This document shows positions 18,049 through 28,010 of a stretch of 51,534 nucleotides of DNA, one piece after another (the first letter of the stretch is position 1; each line of letters begins with the position of its first letter). The stretch lies in assembly GCA_050303335.1 (NCBI GenBank), contig JBNLBN010000004.1, forward strand, positions 1-51,534. The letters run 5' to 3'. The notes below the pieces were generated by a model. That model saw only the letters and a list, made by a program, of their open reading frames with translations. It ran no database searches and was not told where the DNA came from. The DNA comes from Candidatus Micrarchaeia archaeon. Its GTDB lineage: Archaea > Micrarchaeota > Micrarchaeia > Anstonellales > Bilamarchaeaceae. Position numbers and translations under genes: made by a program.

Positions 18049-19950
18049 TTACCTGGTCCTGTAAACGATTGCCGCGATGATTATTGCAAGTGCTGCAAAA
18101 TACGAAAGGAGCGCAATGATGTTCGTTGTCGGATCACCCGAAGTTATGAGAACTATCTTGAAAATCGTTGTTATGTGCGAGAGGGGCAGGAATTCCAGAA
18201 GCAGCTGGGTGTAAGAGGGAAGAAGGTCCGGCGAAAATATGATGTTCCCGAGAAACAGCATTGGTATCGCGATAAGAAGAGAGCTCTGGATTGCAGCCGA
18301 TTCCGTCCTTGCGATGAATCCGAGTATTATCCCTATTGATGAAAGGACAAGCGCGGAAATTATCGTTCCTACGACCAGCATGAACACGTCCGATGGTAGC
18401 TCAACCGAGAACAGGCCGAAACCGACGAAAAGTATGATGGCCACCTGGAGCAATGAGATTATGGTGATGGTAAGGATCTTTGCAGCAATCGAGTTCCTGA
18501 AAGCGCCCGGAATGAGCCTCAGCCGCACGATCGTCTTCCTTGTCTTTTCCCTCACAAGGCTTATGGATGCAAGCAGGAAGCATGAGAACAGCAGCGAAAC
18601 GCCGATGACCTGGGGTATGATGAAATCCACGAAGCTTTCCCTCTGGTACTGCCCTTCGACAGAAACTTCAAGCGGGAGCGCAATCCTTTCCGGATCCTTT
18701 GCGGTCTGTTCGTTTACTGTCTCCTTGAGGGACAGTATGAGTTCCTCAACCGAATCTATCTGCTCCACAACTGATGTCAGCGCATTGTCAATTTCCATTG
18801 TCGTGCTGTTGATCTGCATGAACAGGCTTTCCATTTCATCGATCGATCCGCTCGCATTCTGAAGCGACAATCCCAGATTCCCTACCTTGGACCTGAATTC
18901 GTCGATCCGCTCCTCCTGCATGGTCTCTGCGACTTCAAGTTCGCTTGAGAAATCCCCCAGCTGCACCTCGAACTCAAGGAGCGTGGAATTCAAATCAGAA
19001 AGTTCATCCCTCTGCTCAACAAGGCTGTCGCGCTGGGCAATGGTCGAATTCTTCAGCGAAATGAGGGCAATTATGTTCGCATCAAGGGCGCCGTTTATTA
19101 TCGAGTCATTGGAAGTGTTCCTTATCAGTCCTATTGCGGCGATTGATGCGTCAAGGTCCTCAATGGTGCTGTTCAGGTCCTCCTCCTGCAGGATCAGTTC
19201 ATCATATGTCTGGGCCACCGTGATTATCGATTCATTCAGCGCATATTCCGCATTGTCAAGGAATTCCGAACTCTCATTTACGAATCCGCCCTCGCTTACG
19301 ATCCCTTCAAGGTCATCTATCTGATCTGCAGTATTCTCAAGGGATTGCTTGAGGTTTCCGATTCCAACGTTGCCAATTCCCTCCTGAATCCCGCGTATGT
19401 CCTCCTTGGTATTCTGCATCTGGGCCTTTGATTCTATTATGCCCTGCTCGAGCAGCGTAGCACTTTCGTTCAGCTTGCTCAGGTCCTCCCAGGCGCTAAC
19501 CACGTAATCCCGGGTTATGCCCGTCGATGATGCCTGGACCACCGATCCCATGGCTGCAAGGATCGCTTCCTGGAGCGCGATGTCGGAATTGTCAACAAGT
19601 ATCCTGATTTTCGAGCCTTCTCCTGCGCTGAGGTTTTCCTCTATATCAAACGGGATCACGATTATTGCCCGGAGCTTCCCGTTCCTGAAACTCTCCATCG
19701 CCCCGTTTTCGGTATGGAATCCAATAAGATTGAATGCGTTCGACTGGTTCAGGCTTGAAATAAGTCCTGATGAGAAAGTGGTGTTCGTAGGGCCGACGAC
19801 TCCCACCGGAAGTCCGTTGATCTCGACAGAGCCGAAGGAACTTCCAAGGAAAAGCATTATGAAAATCGGGAATGCTATCAGTACCGATAGCATGGTCCTG
19901 TCATGGTATATCTCAAGAAGTTCCTTTTTTATAGAGTACAAAAGTTTCAT
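18049..19950 (-). CDS. ABC-2 type permease with long extracytoplasmic coiled-coil (YhgE/Pip-like)
   Basis: N-terminal TM, long heptad-rich acidic region, C-terminal multi-TM ABC-2 domain; start set at MKLLYS. Confidence 0.85.
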   Translation of the reverse strand: MKLLYSIKKELLEIYHDRTMLSVLIAFPIFIMLFLGSSFGSVEINGLPVGVVGPTNTTFSSGLISSLNQSNAFNLIGFHTENGAMESFRNGKLRAIIVIPFDIEENLSAGEGSKIRILVDNSDIALQEAILAAMGSVVQASSTGITRDYVVSAWEDLSKLNESATLLEQGIIESKAQMQNTKEDIRGIQEGIGNVGIGNLKQSLENTADQIDDLEGIVSEGGFVNESSEFLDNAEYALNESIITVAQTYDELILQEEDLNSTIEDLDASIAAIGLIRNTSNDSIINGALDANIIALISLKNSTIAQRDSLVEQRDELSDLNSTLLEFEVQLGDFSSELEVAETMQEERIDEFRSKVGNLGLSLQNASGSIDEMESLFMQINSTTMEIDNALTSVVEQIDSVEELILSLKETVNEQTAKDPERIALPLEVSVEGQYQRESFVDFIIPQVIGVSLLFSCFLLASISLVREKTRKTIVRLRLIPGAFRNSIAAKILTITIISLLQVAIILFVGFGLFSVELPSDVFMLVVGTIISALVLSSIGIILGFIARTESAAIQSSLLIAIPMLFLGNIIFSPDLLPSYTQLLLEFLPLSHITTIFKIVLITSGDPTTNIIALLSYFAALAIIIAAIVYRTR

Positions 19951-19951
19951 T

Positions 19952-20671
19952 TCAATTCCCCTTGATAAGATGCGCGAACACATCCTCCATCTGGTTGAGC
20001 TTGTATTTCTTTTTCAGCGATGCAGGCGTTCCGCTTGCAACGATCCTCCCGCCGAACATTATCCCGACCTTGTCGCAAAGGTATTCGATCTCCTCCATAT
20101 AGTGCGAGGTGATCATTATCGTCTTCTTTTCCGAATGAAGCTTCTTTATGAGTTTCCATATTTCCTTGCGTACAACAGGATCAAGCCCGACAGTCGGTTC
20201 ATCTAGGAATATGATCTTCGGATCATGAACCAGCGAACAGGCCATGTTCAGCCTTTTCTTCATTCCGCCGGAAAGGCTCGATGCAAGCGCCTTCCTCTTG
20301 TTCGTCAGGTCTGTTCTGCTAAGAAGGTCCTTGATCCTTTCCCTGTAACCCGCAATCCCGTACTGCGATGCAAAAAATTCAAGGTTCTCTTCCACCGTAA
20401 GCGTCTCGTAGAAGGAATCGTTCTGCGTGACCATACCGATTTCCCTCGTGAAGTCCTTGAACTTCGTGATGTCCTTCTCCAGAAGCTTTATTTCGCCCGA
20501 TGACGGCTTGACAAGTCCCGAAAGCATGTTGAAGGTGGTGGTTTTACCTGATCCGTTCGATCCCAGAAGGCCGAAAACCTCGCCTTCCTCGATCGTGAAG
20601 CTGACACGGTCCACGATTATCTTTTCATCAATGACTTTTGCAAGTTCTTTTACTTCAACGGCGGATGCCAT
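19952..20671 (-). CDS. ABC transporter ATP-binding protein
   Basis: GSNGSGKTT, LSGGM, FLDEPT, SH. Confidence 0.95.
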   Translation of the reverse strand: MASAVEVKELAKVIDEKIIVDRVSFTIEEGEVFGLLGSNGSGKTTTFNMLSGLVKPSSGEIKLLEKDITKFKDFTREIGMVTQNDSFYETLTVEENLEFFASQYGIAGYRERIKDLLSRTDLTNKRKALASSLSGGMKKRLNMACSLVHDPKIIFLDEPTVGLDPVVRKEIWKLIKKLHSEKKTIMITSHYMEEIEYLCDKVGIMFGGRIVASGTPASLKKKYKLNQMEDVFAHLIKGN

Positions 20672-20705
20672 TAGGTGTTAAATTAGCGGAATGATAAAAA
20701 TGTTT

Positions 20706-22442
20706 CTAAAACATGCGAAGCAGCATCCTTTTCTGGTTCTCAAAAATCTCTTTCTGCTCATCGCTGAGCATCGACTCCTTCTCTATCCAAGCATCAATTT
20801 CGTCCTTGGTCATGTAAGTATACAAAGTCTCTCCCTCAGACACGTTCTTCCCGATCGAGATTCCGTCGCATGAAATCGCAAGCTGGTCCTTCTTCTTCGC
20901 CTCATCTACTTTTTCCTTGTCCTTCTGGATCTCCCTGATCTCACCAACGATCTCTCCCTTCTCGTTCATGAGCCTGTAGTTCTTCCTGATTATCCCTCCT
21001 GTTACCTCCACTCCGAAGATTGCAGGCTTCGACACCCTGAAGACATATCCGTTTAGCACCTTGATCTTTCCTGGCTGGGTGAGCCTGTTTAAGGCATCCT
21101 TTTTCATCATCTCCTTCTCCTTCTTCACCCATTCCTGGTAATCCTCAAGCAGCTTGTATATGATGTTGTTGTATATTATCGGAACCTTCGATTTCTTGCT
21201 TTCCTCTCTGGCCTCATCAAGCACGCGTACGTTGAATCCAAGCACGCATCGCAGGTGCCTGTCACCCTGTGTTCCTGCAGAAAGGACATCCTTCTTCGTT
21301 ATGTTGCCGACTGTCGCATCCTTGACTGGCACGTCCGCATCCTTCATCAGACTTAGAATCGCCTCGATCGACCCGAGGCTGTCCCCTCGGAGGACTATGC
21401 CCTCCTCGTCCTTCTGGAATATGTAGCTCTTGAACTGCTTCTCGATCGATGCACGGTCCTTTTCAAAATCATGTATCACTTCTATCGGAGAGCCGGGTAT
21501 GGCATCCTCAAGGCCTGGAGCACAGATCTTTACTCCTGCTGCAGCAACTACCTCATCAACATAAAGGAACTTGTCCTTCCCGGAAAGGTTCGGCTCGAGA
21601 AGGCTTCTTACCTTGGTCTTTTTTATGCCGTTGTGAGTCATGTATGCAATTTCATCATTCTTCCTGATTATCCCGTCATAGATTATGACATCCACAGTGG
21701 TCCCGAGACCCTTCTCATCCTTTACTTCTATTATGCTTCCCTTGCCCCGTCCCTTCTCATCGATCTCGAGCCTTGTGCCAAGGAATTTCTGCGACAGGCC
21801 GCCGATGATGACAAGGATTTCTGCAAGGCCCTCCTTGGTCTTTGCAGAAATAGGTATGATTGCAATCTGCTTCGAGAAGTCTCCGATCCTGTCGAATCTC
21901 TCGCTGTCGAAGCCGTGTTCGGATATGCTTCCCATTATCCCGTAGATCTTCTCATCCAGCCTCTGCCTGATGTGTTCCGGCTGCTTTGAATACGATTCGA
22001 GGAATGATTTGGTGTCCTGGCTCTTCCAGCCTCCCATCATGTCGATCTTGTTTGCAGCAATTATGAATGGCGTCTTATGCTGCTTCAGGATCCTTATGCT
22101 TTCGATAGTCTGCGGCTGGAATCCCTGGTTAACGTCCACGACGAGGATGACAAGGTCTGCAAGGCTTCCTCCCCTGTCCCGCAGGTTGGTGAATGCCTCA
22201 TGGCCCGGAGTATCGATAAAGAGAAGCCCGGGAATGTCAATCGAGAGGCGCATCTTCTCTGCAAGGTTTTTCGAGACACTGTCTATGGTCCTTTTGGTGA
22301 CGTAGCTTGCGCCGATCATCTGCGTTATCCCGCCTGCTTCTTTCTTTGCTACGGCGGTGCCCCTGATGCTGTCAAGAAGGCTCGTCTTGCCATGGTCAAC
22401 ATGCGCAAGAAGGCATATGATAGGGGACCTTTTGAACTTCAT
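20706..22442 (-). CDS. infB: Translation initiation factor aIF5B (IF-2)
   Basis: HVDHGKT, EAGGITQ, DTPGHEAF, NKID, archaeal C-terminal domain. Confidence 0.97.
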   Translation of the reverse strand: MKFKRSPIICLLAHVDHGKTSLLDSIRGTAVAKKEAGGITQMIGASYVTKRTIDSVSKNLAEKMRLSIDIPGLLFIDTPGHEAFTNLRDRGGSLADLVILVVDVNQGFQPQTIESIRILKQHKTPFIIAANKIDMMGGWKSQDTKSFLESYSKQPEHIRQRLDEKIYGIMGSISEHGFDSERFDRIGDFSKQIAIIPISAKTKEGLAEILVIIGGLSQKFLGTRLEIDEKGRGKGSIIEVKDEKGLGTTVDVIIYDGIIRKNDEIAYMTHNGIKKTKVRSLLEPNLSGKDKFLYVDEVVAAAGVKICAPGLEDAIPGSPIEVIHDFEKDRASIEKQFKSYIFQKDEEGIVLRGDSLGSIEAILSLMKDADVPVKDATVGNITKKDVLSAGTQGDRHLRCVLGFNVRVLDEAREESKKSKVPIIYNNIIYKLLEDYQEWVKKEKEMMKKDALNRLTQPGKIKVLNGYVFRVSKPAIFGVEVTGGIIRKNYRLMNEKGEIVGEIREIQKDKEKVDEAKKKDQLAISCDGISIGKNVSEGETLYTYMTKDEIDAWIEKESMLSDEQKEIFENQKRMLLRMF

Positions 22443-22468
22443 CGTAATTTACTGTAATCAAAACAAAT

Positions 22469-23116
22469 TTAATGGAAGCGTGGATTGATCCTCCTTTCCT
22501 CTTCCACTGCAGAATCGAGTGCCTCCTTCAATTCCCCTTCCAGTTTGACATTGGTGTGGATGAAGACGCTTACCGTCCCCTTCTTGCTTTTCTTGATCTC
22601 TATTACCCCCGCACTCCTCAGGTCATCGAAGCATCCTTCGAATCTCTGGGCCTCTTCCCTTGCCATCCTTGAGGTATGATCGTTCAGCCTGATATTGATC
22701 GTCTTGCTGCTCGGGGGGACCTTTCCCTTCCCGAATCCGAGACAATCTCTGAGAATGCTTCGGTAAGTATCCAGCTTTGACTCGCTTTCTTCAATTTTTG
22801 CATCCTTCTGCAGGGGCTCAACCAATGTTTTTCTCCAAAGTTTTTGCGCTTTCGAAAACTTCTGGACATAATGGTCCCTGCATTCAATGGAATTCATGTA
22901 AGCATACAGGTCAGGATCCTTTCTCCTTAGCTGCCTTTTGAGCTGTCCCCAGCTCCTGATGCTGTTTTCAGATACGAAACGGTCGACAAAAGCAAGTATA
23001 TCCTCCCTGTTCACTTCGCCCCCGGGCCTGTTCCAGATCCCGCTTTGCGGCTTGTCCTGCCTTCGCTCAGCCTCCCTGCCTATTTTTATAACTCTAGCTA
23101 CATTCTGCCTTACCAT
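22469..23116 (-). CDS. Hypothetical protein, possible C-terminal winged helix
   Basis: 215-aa ORF co-oriented with infB; FDDLRSAGVIEIKK resembles a wHTH recognition helix plus wing. Confidence 0.6.
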   Translation of the reverse strand: MVRQNVARVIKIGREAERRQDKPQSGIWNRPGGEVNREDILAFVDRFVSENSIRSWGQLKRQLRRKDPDLYAYMNSIECRDHYVQKFSKAQKLWRKTLVEPLQKDAKIEESESKLDTYRSILRDCLGFGKGKVPPSSKTINIRLNDHTSRMAREEAQRFEGCFDDLRSAGVIEIKKSKKGTVSVFIHTNVKLEGELKEALDSAVEEERRINPRFH

Positions 23117-23286
23117 GTTGTATATTCTGGTTTTTTGTTTAAAAACATTTGTGACAAGTTTTATAATAAACTGGCATTTTTATCACTTTTCACCAAAAGA
23201 GTCTTTCCAAGGTTCCTGAATCCAATCTTTTTTCTTAATCACAGAATCAATTACATTTAAAAACATTTATACACACAAATAATTAC

Positions 23287-23529
23287 ATGGAGAGGGATGT
23301 ACACTCATTAATCAAGAAACTTTCAAGCAGAAGCGTATTGGAGAGGAAGCGCGCAATCAAGGATCTGGCAAATTCGGTGCCGAATTCCTATCTTACAAGG
23401 CTCTCGCTGTATTATGTGTCGACGCATGATCCGAGCTACACCGTGAGGAACATAGCAAGGCAGACATATGCAAAGCTCGGTGTCTGCCACAGCAAGGGCG
23501 CAGTGTGGGATAAATCGTATTTATTCTGA
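23287..23529 (+). CDS. Small HEAT-repeat protein
   Basis: LIKKL...ERKRAIKDL and DPSYTVRNIA HEAT-like motifs; TTTATA box upstream. Confidence 0.7.
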   Translation: MERDVHSLIKKLSSRSVLERKRAIKDLANSVPNSYLTRLSLYYVSTHDPSYTVRNIARQTYAKLGVCHSKGAVWDKSYLF

Positions 23530-23593
23530 TTGGAATATTTTTTTCAAGATTATTTTTATATAACAGGCCTGCAATTCACTTCTGCTGATTTTC

Positions 23594-24784
23594 ATGAATA
23601 GAAATATTATTGTAGAGTCTGGAAAATACGTCCCTCCCAAGGACAGGGAAGTGGAACTTGTCGAAAGAAAGGGTATAGGACATCCAGACAGCCTGATCGA
23701 CGGTATTATGGAAGAAATTAGCCGCGAACTCAGCAAGGAGTATATCAACACATTCGGAAAGATTCTCCATCACAATGTCGACAAGGGCCAGATTTGCGGG
23801 GGAGGAACAAAAGTCGAATTCGGAGGCGGGCTGTTTACAAAGCCCATATACGTGCTCCTTAGCGGAAGGGCGACCGAAAAGGCAGAAGGGAAAGTCATCC
23901 CGGTGCACCATATCGCCCAGACGACTGCACACAAGTACTTCGAGCGCGTGCTTCCCGACCTTTCGGTATGCAACGACGTCGAGATCGAATCAAAGATTGC
24001 AAACGGATCAAGCGATCTCGTAGACCTCTTTCTCAGAGGGCCGGCAGTCCCTTATGCCAACGACACCAGTTTCGGAACCGGATTCGCGCCGCTAAGCACA
24101 CTAGAAACAATAGTCCTCAAGGCAGAAAATCATCTCAATTCCAAAGAATACAAGGCAAGCCATCCGGAAGTGGGTTCAGACATAAAGGTGATGGGCCTTC
24201 GTGAAGGGAGCAAATACAAGATCACTGTTGCCTGCGCCTTTGTTTCAAAGCACCTCTCTGACCTTCAGGAATACTTAAAGGCCCGCGAAAGGGTGAAGGA
24301 GGATGTATTGAAACTTGCAAAACAGATCACATCCGATGAGGTGGAAGTATTCGTTAACACTGCAGATGATGACAAGAGCGGATCGGTCTATATCACTCTT
24401 ACGGGAACAAGTGCCGAGATGGGAGATGATGGCTCTGTAGGCCGTGGAAACCGCATGAACGGCCTGATCACACCTTTCAGGTCCATGACTCTCGAAGCAG
24501 CATGCGGCAAGAACCCGGTTAACCACGTGGGAAAGATCTATTCGGTCCTTGCAACCGAGATGGCCGAGTCCCTTGCCAAGGATTACCAGCTCGACGACAT
24601 TACCATTACGTTGCTTTCGCAGATCGGAAAGCCGATCGACCAGCCCAAAGTTGCATCGGTCGCAGTGATATCCGACGATTACGACCAGCTCAAGCCGAAG
24701 ATAGAAAAAGACGTTGAAACCTATCTTGAAAACGTGACGGAAGTCACAAACAGGATTGTTTTCGGCAAAGTCTCACTATTTTAA
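23594..24784 (+). CDS. mat: Archaeal methionine adenosyltransferase (SAM synthetase)
   Basis: [44 protein letters not shown]. Confidence 0.97.
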   Translation: MNRNIIVESGKYVPPKDREVELVERKGIGHPDSLIDGIMEEISRELSKEYINTFGKILHHNVDKGQICGGGTKVEFGGGLFTKPIYVLLSGRATEKAEGKVIPVHHIAQTTAHKYFERVLPDLSVCNDVEIESKIANGSSDLVDLFLRGPAVPYANDTSFGTGFAPLSTLETIVLKAENHLNSKEYKASHPEVGSDIKVMGLREGSKYKITVACAFVSKHLSDLQEYLKARERVKEDVLKLAKQITSDEVEVFVNTADDDKSGSVYITLTGTSAEMGDDGSVGRGNRMNGLITPFRSMTLEAACGKNPVNHVGKIYSVLATEMAESLAKDYQLDDITITLLSQIGKPIDQPKVASVAVISDDYDQLKPKIEKDVETYLENVTEVTNRIVFGKVSLF

Positions 24785-24809
24785 ACATTTCCTTCCATAA
24801 TTAAGTACA

Positions 24810-25241
24810 ATGAGACACCAGCAGTCTGAGCCGCCGCAGCCAAGACCAGGCAAATTCAGGAGCGAACCATTGGCTTTTCACCAACGCGCCATTATTGTTA
24901 CTGATGACTGCGCTCACATGCCGCTTAAAAGATCATTCAACAGGATGTTCAACGGACTCGGAGTCAGGGTCGATTTTATCAAGTTCGAGGAATTCTTTGA
25001 ATTTGCAGGCACAATGAATCCCGTCGACGTAATACTGGTTGCAAGTACTTTGCGCCTCGAAAACCTGAAAGGCAAGATTCGTGAAGCGGTAAATGCATAC
25101 AAGGAAAAAAATCCAGGATCAAAAGTCATAGCAGCTCTGGTGATGCATGATCCGTCAATTTATGATGGTGCCAATTTCGACTATATCGATCCAAGGTGTA
25201 TGAACGATTTCGAGCTGTTAAGGAAGACGCTTTCACCATAA
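24810..25241 (+). CDS. Hypothetical protein, CheY-like pseudo-receiver
   Basis: AIIVTDD, VDVILVAS, NPGSKVIA and GANFDYI follow the REC beta/alpha pattern, but the phospho-acceptor Asp is absent. Confidence 0.5.
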   Translation: MRHQQSEPPQPRPGKFRSEPLAFHQRAIIVTDDCAHMPLKRSFNRMFNGLGVRVDFIKFEEFFEFAGTMNPVDVILVASTLRLENLKGKIREAVNAYKEKNPGSKVIAALVMHDPSIYDGANFDYIDPRCMNDFELLRKTLSP

Positions 25242-25280
25242 GCTTTTTATTCTATTTTAGTTTGATATAACTCCTAATTC

Positions 25281-25353
25281 GGGCCCCTAGTCGAGTGGTT
25301 AAGACGCTACCTTGACATGGTAGAGATCCCCAGTTCGATCCTGGGCGGGCCCA
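25281..25353 (+). tRNA. tRNA-Val(GAC), intronless, CCA not encoded
   Basis: Cloverleaf: acceptor GGGCCCC/CGGGCCC-A, D arm GTC...GAC, anticodon stem CTACC/GGTAG with loop TT-GAC-AT (25314-25316), T arm CCCAG-TTCGATC-CTGGG. Confidence 0.95.
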
Positions 25354-25389
25354 CTTTCATTTATAAATCCTTTTTATCACATTATTTGC

Positions 25390-26280
25390 GTGCTCCCAAT
25401 TGTATTCAAATCAAGGCAGTCATTACGAAATGAATTGCTCAACCGAAGGTTTAAAGTGTGGGACAAGTTTGCAACGGGCGGGATCGGAGATATCTATTTT
25501 GCAGGAGATCTTGATAACAGTAACAGAAGGGTTGCCATCAAAGTTCCGGAATCCTCTTCTGTCTCTAATCCGAATGCCCTGAAGTTATTCATATTGGAAG
25601 CAAAGATGCTCGAACTTGCACGCTCTCCGGCAGTTGTCAGTCTTCTTGAAGTGGGCCTTCACGGCGACACCCCGTTTCTGGCAATGGAATTCATTCCAGG
25701 AAGGACATTGCAGTCGCGATATCTGACATCCATCAGGAATGCCCTGGAAGTGATGCTGAGAGTGTGCGATTCGGTTATCGAAGTGCATAAAAAAGGGGTC
25801 GTTCACAGGGATCTGAAACCCGGCAACATGTTCCTAGTCGGAAACAGGGTAAAACTGATAGATTTCCAGTACGCAAAGCCTCTCAACGGTACGGATGAAA
25901 CAAGATACGCTGTCGGATCGCCCGAATACATATCCCCTGAGCAGACTGTCTATTCCCCATCAAGGGAAACGAATTTCACATCCGACGTATATTCCCTGGG
26001 AGTTTTGGCATATATGTTTGCAGTCCGGGGATTCAGCAAATCATCCAAAGACGTATTCCCAATTGATCTAAGGAGAGACCTAAGCACCCAAAAGTATATA
26101 CAGGATTGCCTCCAGAGGCACCGGGAGCAGAAGCCGATCCCCCTTCTCGACCGGATTGATAGTGCACCCAGGGAGCTTTCAATGCTACTCGACAAGGCTG
26201 TCAGCAAAAAACCGGAAGACCGCCAGCACACGGTCGAAGAGTTCAAGGGGGATATAATGGAAGTCCTTCATCGCATGTAG
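25390..26280 (+). CDS. Hanks-type Ser/Thr protein kinase (PknB-like catalytic domain only)
   Basis: GGIGDIY, VAIK, E helix, HRDLKPGN, DFQ (for DFG), GSPEYISPEQ, SDVYSLG, PEDR. Confidence 0.92.
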   Translation: MLPIVFKSRQSLRNELLNRRFKVWDKFATGGIGDIYFAGDLDNSNRRVAIKVPESSSVSNPNALKLFILEAKMLELARSPAVVSLLEVGLHGDTPFLAMEFIPGRTLQSRYLTSIRNALEVMLRVCDSVIEVHKKGVVHRDLKPGNMFLVGNRVKLIDFQYAKPLNGTDETRYAVGSPEYISPEQTVYSPSRETNFTSDVYSLGVLAYMFAVRGFSKSSKDVFPIDLRRDLSTQKYIQDCLQRHREQKPIPLLDRIDSAPRELSMLLDKAVSKKPEDRQHTVEEFKGDIMEVLHRM

Positions 26281-26936
26281 GATTTCCTTTTTTCCGGATC
26301 AAATTTCTCAATTGCATATCGCAGCATGACCCTCGGCATTTTCTTGCAGTGTCTTTTTAGGAATTTTTCCAGGGCAGCCTGGTTCCTTTTTCCTGCTTCC
26401 CGCAGCATCCATCCGACAGCCTTGCGGATCAGGTCCTGTTCATCCTCAAGCAGAATCTCGCTGATCCTAAACGTGTCATCAAGCTGGTTTTTTCTGATAA
26501 ACGCATATGTCGATACTATGGCGATCCTCCTTTCCCAGAGGTTGTCCGATTTTGCAAGCTGGTACAAAATTTTCCTATCGCGTTCAACCAGGTATCTTCC
26601 GGCTATTTCATGGCATGTAAGGTCTACAAGGTCCCAGTTGTTCGCCCTCCGGCAGTTATCCATGTAGAATTTGTATACTTTGTCAGGCTCATCGTCGAAC
26701 TTTTCCACAAGGATCAGAAAACCAAGAAGGCGCTCCTCATGGATCCTGCTTTGGAGGAGTTTCCTTATTTCAGGATATCTCGCGTCCGCATGTTTTTTTG
26801 CAACTGATCTTACTTCCGGTACTCTCACCCCGATGAATATGTCCCCTTCTCCGTATTCCCCCTTCCCGGTCTTGAAGAATCCCTGGAGTACTTTCGCCTT
26901 CTGCGGATCAGCGAATTTTTTCAGCTCTTTTATCAT
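26268..26936 (-). CDS. DNA alkylation repair protein (AlkD family)
   Basis: FFKTGKGEYGEGD, NNWDLVD, LWERRIAIV, KAVGWMLRE, RYAIEKF. Confidence 0.92.
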   Translation of the reverse strand: MIKELKKFADPQKAKVLQGFFKTGKGEYGEGDIFIGVRVPEVRSVAKKHADARYPEIRKLLQSRIHEERLLGFLILVEKFDDEPDKVYKFYMDNCRRANNWDLVDLTCHEIAGRYLVERDRKILYQLAKSDNLWERRIAIVSTYAFIRKNQLDDTFRISEILLEDEQDLIRKAVGWMLREAGKRNQAALEKFLKRHCKKMPRVMLRYAIEKFDPEKRKSYMR

Positions 26937-26987
26937 TAATTGAACATCCTCATCCGGTATTTAAATTTAACCTGACATCTGAAATTC

Positions 26988-28010
26988 ATGATTATCCCAA
27001 AAAACTATAAACCCAGACTGGATGTACGCACAACAGAAGCGGCAATTCCAAGGATAAAAAGCGTTTTTGAAGGCAAGCTTAGTGAAAATCTGAATTTAGC
27101 CCGGGTGAGCGCCCCCCTTTTTGTCAAAACCGGCACAGGTCTGAATGACGATCTCAACGGAGTAGAAAGAGCAGTGACATTTGAGATTCCAAGTGCAATT
27201 TCAGAAGCTGTTATTGTTCACTCCCTTGCAAAATGGAAGAGATTCGCACTTGCAAAATACGGATTTCCGGTAGGTTCAGGTATTTGGACAGACATGAATG
27301 CAATAAGACGGGATGAAGAACTTTCAAACATCCACTCCGCATATGTCGACCAATGGGATTGGGAAAAGGTTATTACCAAAGAACAACGCACTGCAGGGTT
27401 TCTTGTTTCTACGGTATCCTCCATTTATGAAGCAATTCGCGATACGGAAAGATTTATTTTCCAGGTTTATGGTATTGAACCCACTCTCAAGCCGCAGATC
27501 AGCGTGGTAACCACGGTTGAACTTGAAAGGAAGTATCCTAATCTATCAAGAAAGGAAAGGGAGAATGCAGAAGCCAAGGAGAAGGGCGCCATTTTCATTT
27601 TGGGGATAGGTTATCCGCTTTCTGACGGGTCACCGCACGATGGGCGGGCTCCTGATTACGACGATTGGATAACTGAAAACAGCATGGGGTGCCGCGGTCT
27701 GAATGGAGACATTGTCGTCTGGAACCAGGTTCTTGAATCCGCTTTCGAATTGTCCTCCATGGGAATTCGAGTTGACAAGGATTCATTGGTGGAGCAGCTG
27801 GGGCTTCAGGGAAAATCTGAGAGACTAAACATGGAATTCCACAGGATGCTTGTTAACGATGAGCTTCCACTTTCTATTGGAGGAGGCATAGGACAGTCCA
27901 GGCTCTGTATGTTGCTTTTGAAAAAAGTACATATTGGCGAAGTCCAGGCAAGTATCTGGCCCGATGAGATGCTACGGACATTGGAGCAATCAGGAATCTC
28001 ACTTCTCTAG
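26988..28010 (+). CDS. asnA: Aspartate-ammonia ligase (bacterial-type AsnA)
   Basis: NDDLNGVE, VHSLAKWKR, YVDQWDWE, RAPDYDDW, ELSSMGIRV, IGGGIGQSR. Confidence 0.96.
   Translation: MIIPKNYKPRLDVRTTEAAIPRIKSVFEGKLSENLNLARVSAPLFVKTGTGLNDDLNGVERAVTFEIPSAISEAVIVHSLAKWKRFALAKYGFPVGSGIWTDMNAIRRDEELSNIHSAYVDQWDWEKVITKEQRTAGFLVSTVSSIYEAIRDTERFIFQVYGIEPTLKPQISVVTTVELERKYPNLSRKERENAEAKEKGAIFILGIGYPLSDGSPHDGRAPDYDDWITENSMGCRGLNGDIVVWNQVLESAFELSSMGIRVDKDSLVEQLGLQGKSERLNMEFHRMLVNDELPLSIGGGIGQSRLCMLLLKKVHIGEVQASIWPDEMLRTLEQSGISLL

Noticed and set aside
23138-23268. 13-bp direct repeat TTTAAAAACATTT at 23138-23150 and 23256-23268
   Set aside because: AT-rich and overlapping the expected TATA/BRE elements of two divergent genes
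25354-28010. Integrative element at tRNA-Val
   Set aside because: No integrase gene, and I saw no duplicated tRNA 3' end (att site) in the window
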